Assembly (NCBI GenBank): GCA_041936745.1
Contig: JBHGWS010000143.1
Coordinates: 179-64,178, forward strand
DNA: 64,000 nt
From: Candidatus Darwinibacter acetoxidans
GTDB taxonomy: Bacteria; Bacillota; Limnochordia; Darwinibacteriales; Darwinibacteriaceae
Direction of reading: 5' to 3'
Shown: piece by piece, positions 30,906 to 40,751 of the stretch
Layout of the letters: each line of letters opens with the position of its first letter
Numbering within the stretch: the stretch's first letter is position 1
Notes under the pieces: generated by a model
What the model saw: the letters and a program-made list of their open reading frames with translations, nothing else
Databases searched by the model: none
What the model was told of the DNA's origin: nothing
Position numbers and translations under genes: made by a program

Positions 30906-32087
30906 TTAGACTGCATAGGCGACTCTGCCGGCCACGATAGTTTTCAGTACTTCATAGTCGGGAGAAAACAAGACAAAATCGGCGCGGTTGCCTTCCCTAA
31001 TCCACCCCCGGTTCTCTAAGCCCAAAGAGCGGGCCGGATTGAGGCTTGCCATTTGAAACGCATGGGACAAGGAGACGTCTAATGATTCCACCATGTTTTT
31101 CACTGCCTGCATCATATTCAAAGTACTGCCGGCTAAATTGCCTTCAGGCAGCCTTGCCGAACCGCCTTCGACCACGATGTCCAGATCACCTAAAACATAC
31201 TCGCCGTCCGGCAGGCCCGCTGCCTGGACCGCATCGGTAATCAATACTATTTTATCCACGCCTTTGCTCTCCAGCAAAACCCTGATAGCACCGGGATGGA
31301 CGTGGACCAAATCCGCAATCAACTGGGCCCAGATCTCGGGGCTGGCTAAAACTGCCCCCACTACCCCCGGATCCCGATGGTGCAGCCCCCGCATGCCGTT
31401 GAAGACATGGGTGGCTTGGCTGATCCCTTCCGCAAAGCCCGCTACTGCCTCTTCGTAACTGGCATCGGAGTGGCCGATCGCTGTCCTGACGCCTTTTTCT
31501 TTCAGCCAAGCGATTGCGGCAAGGCCCCCCTCAATTTCCGGGGCTATGGTAATTAACCGCATCTTAGGGCCGAGAATTTCATAAAGATCCGCCAGTTCCG
31601 CCAGATCAGCGGCGCGGATAGCCGGCCCGTATTGGGCCCCTTTTCTTTTCTCATTGATGTAAGGGCCTTCTAAATGGAGGCCTAAAACCTCGGCTTCGTT
31701 GGGGCCCCCTACATAGTCCGCCACAAGGCGGCTCACTTTGCGGGTGTTTTCCCGTGACGCGGTCACGGTAGTCGGTAAAAAAGCCACAGTGCCAAATTTT
31801 ACGGCGTAACGGGCCATCGTCTGCAAAGACTCTTTCCTGCCGTCCATTAAATCGACTCCGTCGGAGCCGTGAATATGGATATCAATTAACCCGGGCCCAA
31901 TCAGCGCACCTTGGGCATCGATAATTTCAAAAACGCTGCTTTGGGCGGCCTTTTTAATTTTTTCACCTTCTTCTTCCTCACCTACATAGATAATTCGATC
32001 ACCAATGCATACGACTGTCCCTTGGGGGATTAATTCATCGGCGATAATAGTGCCGTTCGTGATAATCAAGTTTTTCAAACTTCCCAC
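30906..32087 (-). CDS. nagA: N-acetylglucosamine-6-phosphate deacetylase
   Basis: 393 aa. GLIDIHIHG metal-binding motif and NagA-type amidohydrolase fold. Confidence 0.85.
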   Translation of the reverse strand: MGSLKNLIITNGTIIADELIPQGTVVCIGDRIIYVGEEEEGEKIKKAAQSSVFEIIDAQGALIGPGLIDIHIHGSDGVDLMDGRKESLQTMARYAVKFGTVAFLPTTVTASRENTRKVSRLVADYVGGPNEAEVLGLHLEGPYINEKRKGAQYGPAIRAADLAELADLYEILGPKMRLITIAPEIEGGLAAIAWLKEKGVRTAIGHSDASYEEAVAGFAEGISQATHVFNGMRGLHHRDPGVVGAVLASPEIWAQLIADLVHVHPGAIRVLLESKGVDKIVLITDAVQAAGLPDGEYVLGDLDIVVEGGSARLPEGNLAGSTLNMMQAVKNMVESLDVSLSHAFQMASLNPARSLGLENRGWIREGNRADFVLFSPDYEVLKTIVAGRVAYAV

Positions 32088-32160
32088 CTCCTAGGGGGAG
32101 AATTCTCGTTCTCCGAAAAGGGTTCCTGCTGAGTTAACGCAGAATAAATATTAATATTAC

Positions 32161-32188
32161 TTGCATATTTTTACACACCTGTTATAAT
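32161..32188 (+). promoter_or_regulatory. Sigma-A-type promoter for the amino-acid ABC transporter operon, with an AATATTAATATT palindrome just upstream
   Basis: TTGCAT (32161-32166), a 16-nt spacer, TATAAT (32183-32188). The 12-nt perfect palindrome AATATTAATATT is at 32147-32158, in the divergent nagA/ABC intergenic region. Confidence 0.5.
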
Positions 32189-32212
32189 AAGCCTTAAAAT
32201 GTACCGGAAAGG

Positions 32213-32974
32213 ATGTTTGTTTTGAAAAAGCAACTAGTCGTCTTGACCACCCTCTTTTTACTCCTCGCCGCCCCGGGGGCTTTTGCCCAACCTACCCTTA
32301 AAGTGGCGACAGAAGCAGGTTTCATGCCCTTTGAATTTGTCGATGAAAAGACAGGTGAGCTTTTGGGTTTCGACATGGATTTAATCCGGGCCGTAGGCAG
32401 CGCCTTAGATCGCAAGGTGGAAATTGACAACATCAGCTGGGATGGTTTAATCCCCGCTTTGTTGAACAAAAACTATGATTTGCTGATCGCGGGCATCACT
32501 ATCACAGAAGAGCGCGCCGCCAGTGTCAATTTTTCCACCCCCTATTTCGAATCTGTCCTGACCGTCGTTACCAAAGATGATGTAACCGATGTGGCGGGTT
32601 TAGATGATCTGGCGGGCAAAATAGCTGCCGTCCAGATTAATACGACCGGTGATTTTGCTGCCACCGATTTAGTTGAGGCCGGCGGGCTGAAAAGCATCTC
32701 CCGCTTCGATACCGTGCCTGATGCCATGCAGGCCGTAATTATCGGCGCCGCCGATATTGTCATCATCGATCTGCCCGTGGCCGCAAGCTACCTGGCGGCA
32801 AATCCCCAGGCACCCTTGGCACACGTGGGCCCCGTTTCCGAAAACGAATTTTACGGCATTGCAGTTCACCAAGATAACGAAGAATTATTGGCTGAAATCA
32901 ACGCTGCCCTGGCCCGGCTGAAGGACGACGGCACCTACGATCAAATTTATGAAAAATGGTTCGGCACAAAATAA
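32213..32974 (+). CDS. Polar amino-acid (glutamine/glutamate-type) ABC transporter substrate-binding protein
   Basis: Signal peptide followed by LKVATEAGFMPFEF...LIAGITITEERAASVNFSTPY, the SBP_bac_3 family pattern. The TTG at 32222 may be the true start (better RBS spacing). Confidence 0.8.
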   Translation: MFVLKKQLVVLTTLFLLLAAPGAFAQPTLKVATEAGFMPFEFVDEKTGELLGFDMDLIRAVGSALDRKVEIDNISWDGLIPALLNKNYDLLIAGITITEERAASVNFSTPYFESVLTVVTKDDVTDVAGLDDLAGKIAAVQINTTGDFAATDLVEAGGLKSISRFDTVPDAMQAVIIGAADIVIIDLPVAASYLAANPQAPLAHVGPVSENEFYGIAVHQDNEELLAEINAALARLKDDGTYDQIYEKWFGTK

Positions 32975-33033
32975 TGCAGTCTTAAAGTCTAAGATGCGAA
33001 GTGACGGCGCACCTGCCTTGAGGAGGAAGAAAT

Positions 33034-33690
33034 TTGCAATTTCGTTGGGATCTGGTTTTAAGTTCGCTGCCAATGCTGCTGAGCGGAGCCAAATTGACCG
33101 TTCAGCTTACTTCGATCGCTGTTTTCTTTGGCATAATCATCGGGACCTTGACGGGGATTTTGCGGATCTCTAAGGGTCCCCTGCGCTTTTTAGCCGCAGG
33201 CTACATCGATGTAATCAGAGGCACGCCCCTTTTGGTGCAGACTTTTATTGTCTTCTACGGCCTGCCTTCTTTAATCCAAAGGCCCATCCCCGCTTATTTT
33301 GCCGCCATCTTAGCCCTCAGTATCAACAGTGGCGCCTATGTGGGTGAAATAGTGAGGGCCGGCATTCAATCAATTGAGCCGGGCCAATGGGAGGCCGCGG
33401 CCTGCCTCGGTTTGACCAATTTTCAAACAATGAGCCGCATTATCTTACCCCAAGCCTATAAAAGGATTATACCACCTTTGGGCAATGAATTTATCGCCCT
33501 TTTAAAAGATTCCTCCTTGGTCTCCGTTATAGCTTTGGAAGAGTTGGTTCGCAAAGGCCAAATCATTATCGGCCGTACTTTCCGGCCCTTTGAGGTTTGG
33601 CTCGCCGTGGCGGTTATCTTTTTTGTTATGACTTTTACCGTTTCCCGCTTCATCGATCTAATCGAAAGGAGGCTGGCCGCCAATGCCTGA
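33034..33690 (+). CDS. Polar amino-acid ABC transporter permease (HisMQ/GlnP family)
   Basis: 218 aa with multiple TM helices and the EAA-like loop ([21 protein letters not shown]). Confidence 0.85.
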   Translation: MQFRWDLVLSSLPMLLSGAKLTVQLTSIAVFFGIIIGTLTGILRISKGPLRFLAAGYIDVIRGTPLLVQTFIVFYGLPSLIQRPIPAYFAAILALSINSGAYVGEIVRAGIQSIEPGQWEAAACLGLTNFQTMSRIILPQAYKRIIPPLGNEFIALLKDSSLVSVIALEELVRKGQIIIGRTFRPFEVWLAVAVIFFVMTFTVSRFIDLIERRLAANA

Positions 33691-34414
33691 GACACCAATC
33701 GTACAGGTTTTAGGCCTGCATAAATCATTTGGGAAACTGGCGGTTTTAAACGGCATCTCCCTAGAAATAAACAAAGGCGAAGTGGTTGTAATCATCGGGC
33801 CCTCCGGCAGCGGTAAAAGCACTCTTCTGCGCTGTTTAAATCATTTAGAGAAACCGAGCCAAGGCGAAATTTATTTTCGGGGCGATTTAGTCGCTGCCGC
33901 CAACTTACAAAAAGTGCGCAGGCAGATGGGCATGGTTTTTCAAAGTTTCAACCTTTTCCCCCATCTTTCCGTTTTAGAAAACATTACCTTAGCCCCCCGC
34001 CTGGTGAATAAAAAGTCGGCGGCTTTGGCGGAAAACGAAGCTTTGAAGCTGTTGGCAAAAGTGGGCCTGGCCGATAAGGCAAAATCCCACCCCCCGCAAC
34101 TGTCAGGCGGGCAGCAGCAGAGGGTTGCCATTGCCCGGGCTCTGGCCATGGATCCGGAGCTGCTTCTTTTCGACGAACCTACTTCCGCCTTAGATCCGGA
34201 GATGATCGGTGAGGTGCTGGCAGTCATGAAAGAATTGGCCTTAGAAGGGCGCACCATGGTCGTGGTCACCCACGAGATGGGCTTTGCCAGGGAAGTGGGA
34301 GATAGGGTTGTTTTCATGGCCGAAGGCCGGATCGTGGAAGAGGGTCCGCCGCGGCAGCTCTTTGCCGCCCCCCAAGAAGCCAGGACGCGAAGATTTTTAA
34401 GCAAAATTTTATAA
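33683..34414 (+). CDS. Polar amino-acid ABC transporter ATP-binding protein (GlnQ-like)
   Basis: Walker [10 protein letters not shown], signature [14 protein letters not shown] and Walker [13 protein letters not shown]. Confidence 0.9.
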   Translation: MPETPIVQVLGLHKSFGKLAVLNGISLEINKGEVVVIIGPSGSGKSTLLRCLNHLEKPSQGEIYFRGDLVAAANLQKVRRQMGMVFQSFNLFPHLSVLENITLAPRLVNKKSAALAENEALKLLAKVGLADKAKSHPPQLSGGQQQRVAIARALAMDPELLLFDEPTSALDPEMIGEVLAVMKELALEGRTMVVVTHEMGFAREVGDRVVFMAEGRIVEEGPPRQLFAAPQEARTRRFLSKIL

Positions 34415-35137
34415 CCCGCGCCAATCGGGCCCCAGCATGCGGACTGCCAGGTTATTGCCCCTGATGCGAGATGCGAGCCTGGCACCTACCCTTTTTTCCA
34501 AAGCACGCAGATCAAAGTTGGAAGTAAAAATGGTCGGTTTAAAAGTGTTCAAACGCCCATCGTAAATTGTCAACAGATGTTCTATATCCCAATCGGACTC
34601 CGCCCCGTTGCCGATATCGTCAAAAACCAGAAGATCGAAGGCAAGGTATTTTTCCAAAACAATGCGGGTCCGCCGCGCTTTCTGCAGAAATGACGGCACA
34701 TAAACGAAAGCCACCGAATGTTCCGCCGCAAGGCTGTTGACAACAGCTGCGGCTAAATGGGTTTTACCCGTTCCCGGCGATCCGTATAATAAGATGCCTT
34801 GGCCCCGCTTAACCTGGGCGAAGTTGCGGACAAAATCAGAACATGCCTTATAGGGCTCCTCATTATAAGGCGTTACTTTAAAATTAGAAAAGCAGTGGCC
34901 TCGCAGCCTGGGTGCCAGTGGGTTGTCTTTTATTACCGCCTGCATTTGATTTAACCTGCTCCGCTTGTAGCTGACCTCTTTTTTAACGCAGGAGCAGTCG
35001 GATAACAGCCATTCGCCCCGGGGGTGCGGTTTGGGCAGGGGAAAGGGGTGGAGCACATATTTTCTCCGGCGCAGATCGCCGCAGTGGGGGCAGGGCTCTT
35101 TTTCAAAAAAACTGCGCTGCAGCCCGTAATCAATCAT
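34409..35137 (-). CDS. DnaC/DnaI-like AAA+ replicative helicase loader with an N-terminal Cys-rich (Zn-binding-like) region
   Basis: Walker [18 protein letters not shown] and Walker B LLVFDDIG. The N-terminus has CPHCGD...CSC. The probable start MIDYG at 35137 overlaps the DnaD-like stop by 8 nt. The track ORF starts further upstream in an overlapping frame. Confidence 0.7.
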   Translation of the reverse strand: MIDYGLQRSFFEKEPCPHCGDLRRRKYVLHPFPLPKPHPRGEWLLSDCSCVKKEVSYKRSRLNQMQAVIKDNPLAPRLRGHCFSNFKVTPYNEEPYKACSDFVRNFAQVKRGQGILLYGSPGTGKTHLAAAVVNSLAAEHSVAFVYVPSFLQKARRTRIVLEKYLAFDLLVFDDIGNGAESDWDIEHLLTIYDGRLNTFKPTIFTSNFDLRALEKRVGARLASRIRGNNLAVRMLGPDWRGL

Positions 35138-35537
35138 CCAACCAGGGAAAGAGGCTGCGGTTTTGCTTAGGCGGCTCTTCATATGTGAAATCTTCCCGCG
35201 TAAGCGGCCTTTGCTTCTTCGCATCCCACTTCACCTCCCGGCTTTCTTCTTCCTCTTTGAGCGGCGTCCAGTAAGCATGAAAGCGTTCCTCAGTGGTAAT
35301 ACCATGATTTAACCAATCTTCGATGATACTGTTGATATAGTTAAAGGTGATGCGCTTGTCCTCACCCCGCAGCCGGCAGCGCCTTTGTTCCTGTTTGGCC
35401 CTTAAGATGGCACAGCCGATGACAAAAGGGCTCATCCCTTCATCATAGGCTCTGTATAACGTATCTTTTTGGGCGCTGGATAAAATTGCTATTTTACTTT
35501 GATATAACTTAAAGACATCTTCCATGTCAGGCTCCAT
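35130..35537 (-). CDS. DnaD-domain protein (DnaD/DnaB-like replication initiation / helicase-loading partner)
   Basis: 135 aa. YINSIIEDWLNHGITTEE matches the conserved DnaD-domain core (YxxxIxxxW...GIxTxE). Confidence 0.65.
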   Translation of the reverse strand: MEPDMEDVFKLYQSKIAILSSAQKDTLYRAYDEGMSPFVIGCAILRAKQEQRRCRLRGEDKRITFNYINSIIEDWLNHGITTEERFHAYWTPLKEEEESREVKWDAKKQRPLTREDFTYEEPPKQNRSLFPWLDD

Positions 35538-36336
35538 GAATCCACCTCCAGAGAAAAAATCCCAGGCCTAATCCCAGAGGGATTAAGAAAAAAGCCGGCC
35601 GGACAAGACGCGGGCTTACCGGCTGCAGTATTTTTGATCGCAACTGGCGTTTTTGGCTCTTTAAGCCAAACCGGGGTGCCAAGATGTCCAAAACGGGAAT
35701 TTCTTCCCCCTGCAGCTGCCAGAGGGGATCATCACCCACATCCCGCCACAATCCCAAGCCCGGGCCGTGAAAGGCCCCGACTAAAACATAATAATTCCAA
35801 GCCCCCTGAGGTTTAGGCAAAAGCTGTTTTTCCACTGCAATGCGGATGGTTTGGCCGTCTTCCCGCAAAAAAGACTTTATTCCTTTTTCAATTTGCTCAA
35901 CTTTCGCGGGGCTCCATAAAAAAAGCCGCGTCTCGCCAAAAGGGGCGGCCAAAATCCGTATCTGCCAGCCCAGCCCGGGCGGGGTTTTTAGCTTATGCCC
36001 GCCCACTAAGATACTTTCCAAACCGGCACTTGACCCCGTATTGATATACACTTCCATACGCTGATGAAAATATCCTTCCGGTGCGCCAAAAGGATTGGTC
36101 ACCAGAGAAAACTTAAGATCAAAAAAAATCATGCTCTCATCGAGAGATACCCGAAACTCTCTTAGATCAAAAAGCCCGGGCAAAAAGACATCGTGCGCGG
36201 GGTACCTTAAGCCCCCCGCCCCCTTGTCATCCCCGGCAGGATCTTTCATTTGAAAGACAACCTCTGCTTTAACATTAACAAATGCACTGCTGCCCACAAC
36301 AAGCAGGGACAAAACAAACCAGACAAGTTTTCGCAA
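35527..36336 (-). CDS. Secreted or membrane-tethered protein with a glucodextranase-C-like motif (DPAGDDKGAGGLRYP), function unknown
   Basis: 269 aa. N-terminal signal peptide MRKLVWFVLSLLVVGSSAFV and a C-terminal hydrophobic segment. KDPAGDDKGAGGLRYP resembles the Glucodextran_C signature DPxGDDxGPGxYxYP. Confidence 0.5.
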   Translation of the reverse strand: MRKLVWFVLSLLVVGSSAFVNVKAEVVFQMKDPAGDDKGAGGLRYPAHDVFLPGLFDLREFRVSLDESMIFFDLKFSLVTNPFGAPEGYFHQRMEVYINTGSSAGLESILVGGHKLKTPPGLGWQIRILAAPFGETRLFLWSPAKVEQIEKGIKSFLREDGQTIRIAVEKQLLPKPQGAWNYYVLVGAFHGPGLGLWRDVGDDPLWQLQGEEIPVLDILAPRFGLKSQKRQLRSKILQPVSPRLVRPAFFLIPLGLGLGFFLWRWIHGA

Positions 36337-36381
36337 GGCAGATCCCCTTGAAAAGACTATGCTTGAGCCGGGCTTTTTATG

Positions 36382-37494
36382 TTAAATGTAAATGCGCTCG
36401 ATGCGATTGCTGAGCATGCAGGTTACTTCATAGTTAAGCGTGCCCATTAACTGTGCCCAGTCATCTGCCGTAATTTCTTGCTTGCCGTTAGAGCCGATTA
36501 GAATGACATCATCGCCGATTTTCGCCGGCAGATCTCCCAAGTCGACTAAAGTGTGGTCCATGGTAACTTGGCCCACAATCGGGCAGAAAGTGCCGTTAAT
36601 TAAAACCCGCCCTTTATCGCTCAGCCGCCGGGAAACCCCGTCGGCATAGCCGATGGGCAAGACGGCAATGGAAGTTTCCTTCCAGGTCACATAGGTGCTG
36701 CCGTAACTGATGGCGCTGCCTGCCGGCACCCGCTTCACAAAGGCCACTTTTGTCTTTAAGCTTAAAGCGGGCTTCAGCTGCAGGGGCCGCCTCTCATCAG
36801 GGTACATCCCGTATAAAGCTAAACCGACCCGCACCATATCCAAATGGGATGCGGGAAAAAAGAGGGTTGCCGCGGTATTGGCCGCATGAAAATAAGGAAC
36901 GGTGACTTGATTGGCCTTCAGCATGGCCATCACTTTTTGAAAACGCCCCCACTGCCAGCGGGTGTATTCCAAATCCTTTTTTTCCGCCAGTGCAAAGTGG
37001 GTAAAAACCCCTTGGATCACCAAGCCGGGCAGCCGTTTCACAAGTTCAACCAAATCGCCGAATTCCCCCGGTAAAAGCCCGAGCCGCCCCATACCCGTAT
37101 CTACTTTGATATGGACTTTGGCCGGGATCTGCAGTTTCACCGCTGCCCGGGAAAGCAGGCGGGCAATGTGCGGTTCAAAGACCGTCACCACCAGATCCTG
37201 CGCCACACAAATTTCCAGCTCATCGGCGCCAACCGCGCCTAAAACCAAGATGGGGGCAGTAATCCCGGCACGGCGCAGCCGCACGCCTTCCTCCGGCAGT
37301 GCAACCGCCAGCCAATTAGTGCCGTTAGCCAACATTGTATAAGCTAATTCCAAGGCGCCGTGCCCGTAGCCGTTGGCCTTCACAACCGCCATTAATTGGC
37401 AGTTGGGGCCAAGCAGGCTGCGCACCTGCCGCACATTAAAAGCGACCCGATCCAGGCTTACCTCGGCCCAGACTGATCTAGTGGCCTTACTCAT
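36382..37494 (-). CDS. alr: Alanine racemase
   Basis: 370 aa. PLP-lysine motif AVVKANGYGHG and a C-terminal beta-domain. Confidence 0.9.
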   Translation of the reverse strand: MSKATRSVWAEVSLDRVAFNVRQVRSLLGPNCQLMAVVKANGYGHGALELAYTMLANGTNWLAVALPEEGVRLRRAGITAPILVLGAVGADELEICVAQDLVVTVFEPHIARLLSRAAVKLQIPAKVHIKVDTGMGRLGLLPGEFGDLVELVKRLPGLVIQGVFTHFALAEKKDLEYTRWQWGRFQKVMAMLKANQVTVPYFHAANTAATLFFPASHLDMVRVGLALYGMYPDERRPLQLKPALSLKTKVAFVKRVPAGSAISYGSTYVTWKETSIAVLPIGYADGVSRRLSDKGRVLINGTFCPIVGQVTMDHTLVDLGDLPAKIGDDVILIGSNGKQEITADDWAQLMGTLNYEVTCMLSNRIERIYI

Positions 37495-37511
37495 AAACTA
37501 ACACTCCATCC

Positions 37512-39041
37512 TTAAAGTAAGATCTCTTGAATCTTTTTAAGGCAATCACTAGCAATCAGCCCTCGCCTGCCGCCTGCGCCGGCCAGATCGCCGGCCAAGC
37601 CGTGCACATAAACTCCCAGCACTGCCGCGGCGGGGGGGTTTACCCCTTGCGCAAGCAGAGCACCAACCAGCCCCGCTAAAACGTCACCGGTGCCACCCGT
37701 TGCCAAGCCGTGATTTCCCGTAGTATTAATATAAGTCTTCTCCCCATTAAATGTAATCGTGGGGGCACCTTTTAAGACCAAAACCACTCCCCATTTTTTG
37801 ACGAATTCCCCGCCAACGCCTAACCTGTCGGCATTGACCTTGGCGGGCGGTAGATTTAAAAGCCTGCCCATTTCGCCCGGGTGGGGCGTCAGGATCCACT
37901 GTTTCCTCTTCTTCTCCCCTACGCCCGTCATAAACTCATCAGTTAAAGCGCCGAGAGCATCGGCGTCAATTACCGCGGGCCCGGGCCAAGCCTTTAAAAG
38001 CTCCTGCACCACTTCAATCGTTTCTAAGTTACGGGATAAACCGGGCCCGATAACTAAGGCGTTCTTTTTAAAAAGAAGCTTGAGCAAATGGGGCAGGCTG
38101 GCTTTGCCAAAGCTGCCTTCCTTCGTTTCGGGCAGAGGCACAACCATGCTTTCCTCAGGCAAAAAGCGCCCACTGATGCCCGCGGGAACCGCCGCCGTAA
38201 CAAGCCCTGCGCCGGCCCTTAAAGCCGCCTTGGCGCTTAAAGCCGCGGCACCGGCCATGTTCTTTGAGCCGGCCACAACTAAAACATGCCCGAAGGTGCC
38301 TTTATGGCCCCAGGCCGGCCGCGGCGGCAGAAGATCCATTACTTCCCCGCCGGCTAAAAAACGCCTGCCGGCTTCTTCGCCCGCTAAAGGCAGGCCTAAA
38401 TCCAAAACCACATTTTCCCCCGCGTACTCCCGGCCGGGATAAAGGAAATTGCCCACTTTGGCCGCGCCTAGGTTAACCGTATAATCAGCCCTGACAGCGC
38501 TGCTGCCAACCTGCCCGTTAGCGGAATCAACCCCCGTGGGAATATCCACGCTGACAACGGGCCGCTTAATCTCGTTAACCAATTCAGCCAAAGCGGCCAG
38601 CTCCTTAGAGAGGCTGCCTCTAAAGCCCGTGCCCAAAATTGCATCAATAATCAGATCAGCCAAGCCCAAGGCAAATTTGAACTGGGGCAGCTGTTTGTTT
38701 TCCAGGGTGCTTATCGTTACACCCAACTTCTTTAAAATCTCCAGGTTTTGGCCTGCCAGCGGGCTGAGCTTGGCCCCGTCACCGATTAAACTGACGCGGG
38801 GCTTGGCACCCACAGCCAACAGCTGGCGGGCCACAACCAGCCCATCACCGCCGTTATTGCCCGGGCCGGCCAGGATATGGACTCTTTTGTTTTTAAGGGG
38901 CCCGAATTTTCCTTTTAAAAATTCAAGAATTCTGCTGCCCGCATTTTCCATTAGAAGCAGCGGGGGGATTTCCAAATCCCTCAGCAGTTTTTGTTCTAAT
39001 TCTTGCATTTCCCCGCCGGTTAAAACCAACACAAATTTCAC
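37512..39041 (-). CDS. nnr: Bifunctional NAD(P)H-hydrate repair enzyme Nnr (N-terminal YjeF epimerase plus C-terminal ADP-dependent dehydratase)
   Basis: 509 aa. YjeF_N (GPGNNGGDG) followed by a carbohydrate-kinase-like C-domain (GPGLS...TGGTGDVLAG). Confidence 0.85.
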   Translation of the reverse strand: MKFVLVLTGGEMQELEQKLLRDLEIPPLLLMENAGSRILEFLKGKFGPLKNKRVHILAGPGNNGGDGLVVARQLLAVGAKPRVSLIGDGAKLSPLAGQNLEILKKLGVTISTLENKQLPQFKFALGLADLIIDAILGTGFRGSLSKELAALAELVNEIKRPVVSVDIPTGVDSANGQVGSSAVRADYTVNLGAAKVGNFLYPGREYAGENVVLDLGLPLAGEEAGRRFLAGGEVMDLLPPRPAWGHKGTFGHVLVVAGSKNMAGAAALSAKAALRAGAGLVTAAVPAGISGRFLPEESMVVPLPETKEGSFGKASLPHLLKLLFKKNALVIGPGLSRNLETIEVVQELLKAWPGPAVIDADALGALTDEFMTGVGEKKRKQWILTPHPGEMGRLLNLPPAKVNADRLGVGGEFVKKWGVVLVLKGAPTITFNGEKTYINTTGNHGLATGGTGDVLAGLVGALLAQGVNPPAAAVLGVYVHGLAGDLAGAGGRRGLIASDCLKKIQEILL

Positions 39042-39412
39042 TCCTCACCCAGGGCAATCACATATGCTATGGCCAAATCTTTGGTGTGGGAGAGACTTAA
39101 AAAGAGTTGTCCAACACCCAGGGTTTCGGCCAGTTTTAAAGTCCGGCCCTGTAAATGCACTTGGGGCTTACCCCATTCGTCTTGGCTGATTTCTATGTCT
39201 AAAAAAGACACCCCTTGGCCAAAACCGCGCCCTAAAGCCTTCATCACAGCTTCTTTCGCCGCAAAGCGGGCGGCCCAGGATTCCGCCCTTTTCGTTTTCA
39301 ATTCATGCCTCTCCCGCGCCGTATAAACCCTCTGCCGGAATTTCTCCTTTTTGATGGCACCGGCGATCCTGGCAACTTCGATCAAATCAACGCCGCAGCC
39401 TTTAATTTGCAC
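39038..39412 (-). CDS. acpS: Holo-[acyl-carrier-protein] synthase
   Basis: GCGVDLIEVARI and the FAAKEAVMKALG motif of 4'-phosphopantetheinyl transferases. The probable GTG start at 39412 would overlap the glmM stop by 11 nt. The track ORF extends to 39496. Confidence 0.75.
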   Translation of the reverse strand: MQIKGCGVDLIEVARIAGAIKKEKFRQRVYTARERHELKTKRAESWAARFAAKEAVMKALGRGFGQGVSFLDIEISQDEWGKPQVHLQGRTLKLAETLGVGQLFLSLSHTKDLAIAYVIALGEE

Positions 39413-40751
39413 GGGCGATCTCTTTCTGTTCGGCGCGGATAACATCTGCCAGGTAATCAACTGCCGCCCGGACGATTTTTTCATCCGGGTGTTCACCGAG
39501 AATTCTAATCAGTGGTTCCGTCCCGGAAGCGCGCACGAAAATGCGTCCCAGAGGCTGCATCTTTTTCTCCGCTTTAAAAAGAGCCTGCTTAATCTCTTCG
39601 TTTTCCAGCCATTGTGCCGGGTTTTCGGCGGGGACGTTCACCAAAACCTGGGGAAAAGTCTCCAGCCGCGAGGCTAACCGGCTGAAAGGCATTTTTTCAT
39701 GCAGATAAACTTCCAGAAGTTTCAGGGCCGTCAGCATACCGTCGCCTGTGGTGGAGTCTTTTAAGAAAATTATGTGGCCCGACTGCTCCCCGCCTAAAAT
39801 AAGGCCTTGTTCCTGCATAACCTGGACAACATAGCGATCGCCCACCGGGGCATAAACCACATCACCGGCGCGCTTTAAAAAAGCCTGCTTTAAACCGCCG
39901 TTGGAATAAGCTGTAGCAACTATTTTTCTGCCCGGCAGCTTTTCACGGCTCAATAAGTGCAGGCCGATTATTGCCAGGATATGGTCGCCGTCCAAAAGAT
40001 TGCCCAGCTCATCGACTGCCAAAACCCGATCGCCATCGCCGTCAAAGGAAAAACCCACAGCGGCCCCTATTTCCTTCGTGAAGCTTTGAATCTTGGCGGG
40101 ATAAGTAGAACCGCAGTACTCGTTAATATTCAGCCCGTTCGGCTGATTAGAAGCAACGCTGACCTGGGCGCCGAGGCTTCTAAAGAGCTTGGGGGCGTAT
40201 TGGGCCGTCGCCCCGTGGGCACAATCCAAGGCAATTTTCAAACCTCGCAGGTTTAAAGGAAGGCGTTTTCTTAAGTCTCCTAAGTATAAATTCACGGCTT
40301 CCGGTTTGAAATGAATGCGGCCCACACCACCGGCGGTTGGCCTGGGGTGGTTGTCTTGGGGGATTAAAGCTTCTATCTCGGCCTCACGGCTGTCGGCCAA
40401 TTTATGGCCGTCCGCCCCAAAAAACTTGATACCGTTATCCTGCAGGGGATTGTGGGAGGCGGAAATCATGGCCCCGCCGCAGCAGTCCAGCTTTTGCGTT
40501 AAATAAGCTACCGCGGGCGTAGGCACTACCCCGACCGAAATTACATCAACGCCGGCGGAAGCAATGCCCGCCGCCAAAGCCCCCTCCAGCATCTGGCCTG
40601 AAATACGGGGATCCCGGCCGATTAAAAGCCGGCACCTGCTGCCCTTTCCCAAAACCAGTGCCCCTGCCCGGCCAATGCGCAAAGCCAGCTCGGGTGTTAA
40701 TTCTTGGTTCGCAACACCTCTAATACCGTCAGTCCCAAACAATTTATTCAT
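39402..40751 (-). CDS. glmM: Phosphoglucosamine mutase
   Basis: Starts LFGTDGIRG and carries the phosphoserine loop SASHNP. The probable start MNKLFGTDG is the eleventh codon of the track ORF. Confidence 0.9.
   Translation of the reverse strand: MNKLFGTDGIRGVANQELTPELALRIGRAGALVLGKGSRCRLLIGRDPRISGQMLEGALAAGIASAGVDVISVGVVPTPAVAYLTQKLDCCGGAMISASHNPLQDNGIKFFGADGHKLADSREAEIEALIPQDNHPRPTAGGVGRIHFKPEAVNLYLGDLRKRLPLNLRGLKIALDCAHGATAQYAPKLFRSLGAQVSVASNQPNGLNINEYCGSTYPAKIQSFTKEIGAAVGFSFDGDGDRVLAVDELGNLLDGDHILAIIGLHLLSREKLPGRKIVATAYSNGGLKQAFLKRAGDVVYAPVGDRYVVQVMQEQGLILGGEQSGHIIFLKDSTTGDGMLTALKLLEVYLHEKMPFSRLASRLETFPQVLVNVPAENPAQWLENEEIKQALFKAEKKMQPLGRIFVRASGTEPLIRILGEHPDEKIVRAAVDYLADVIRAEQKEIARAN

Noticed and set aside
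34409-36336. Possibility that the DnaD/DnaC-like genes mark a prophage or integrative element.
   Set aside because: There is no integrase, recombinase, capsid/terminase, repressor or attachment-repeat signature anywhere nearby, and the flanking genes are core (ABC transporter, alr). It is kept as a finding only because of the compact, overlapping architecture.
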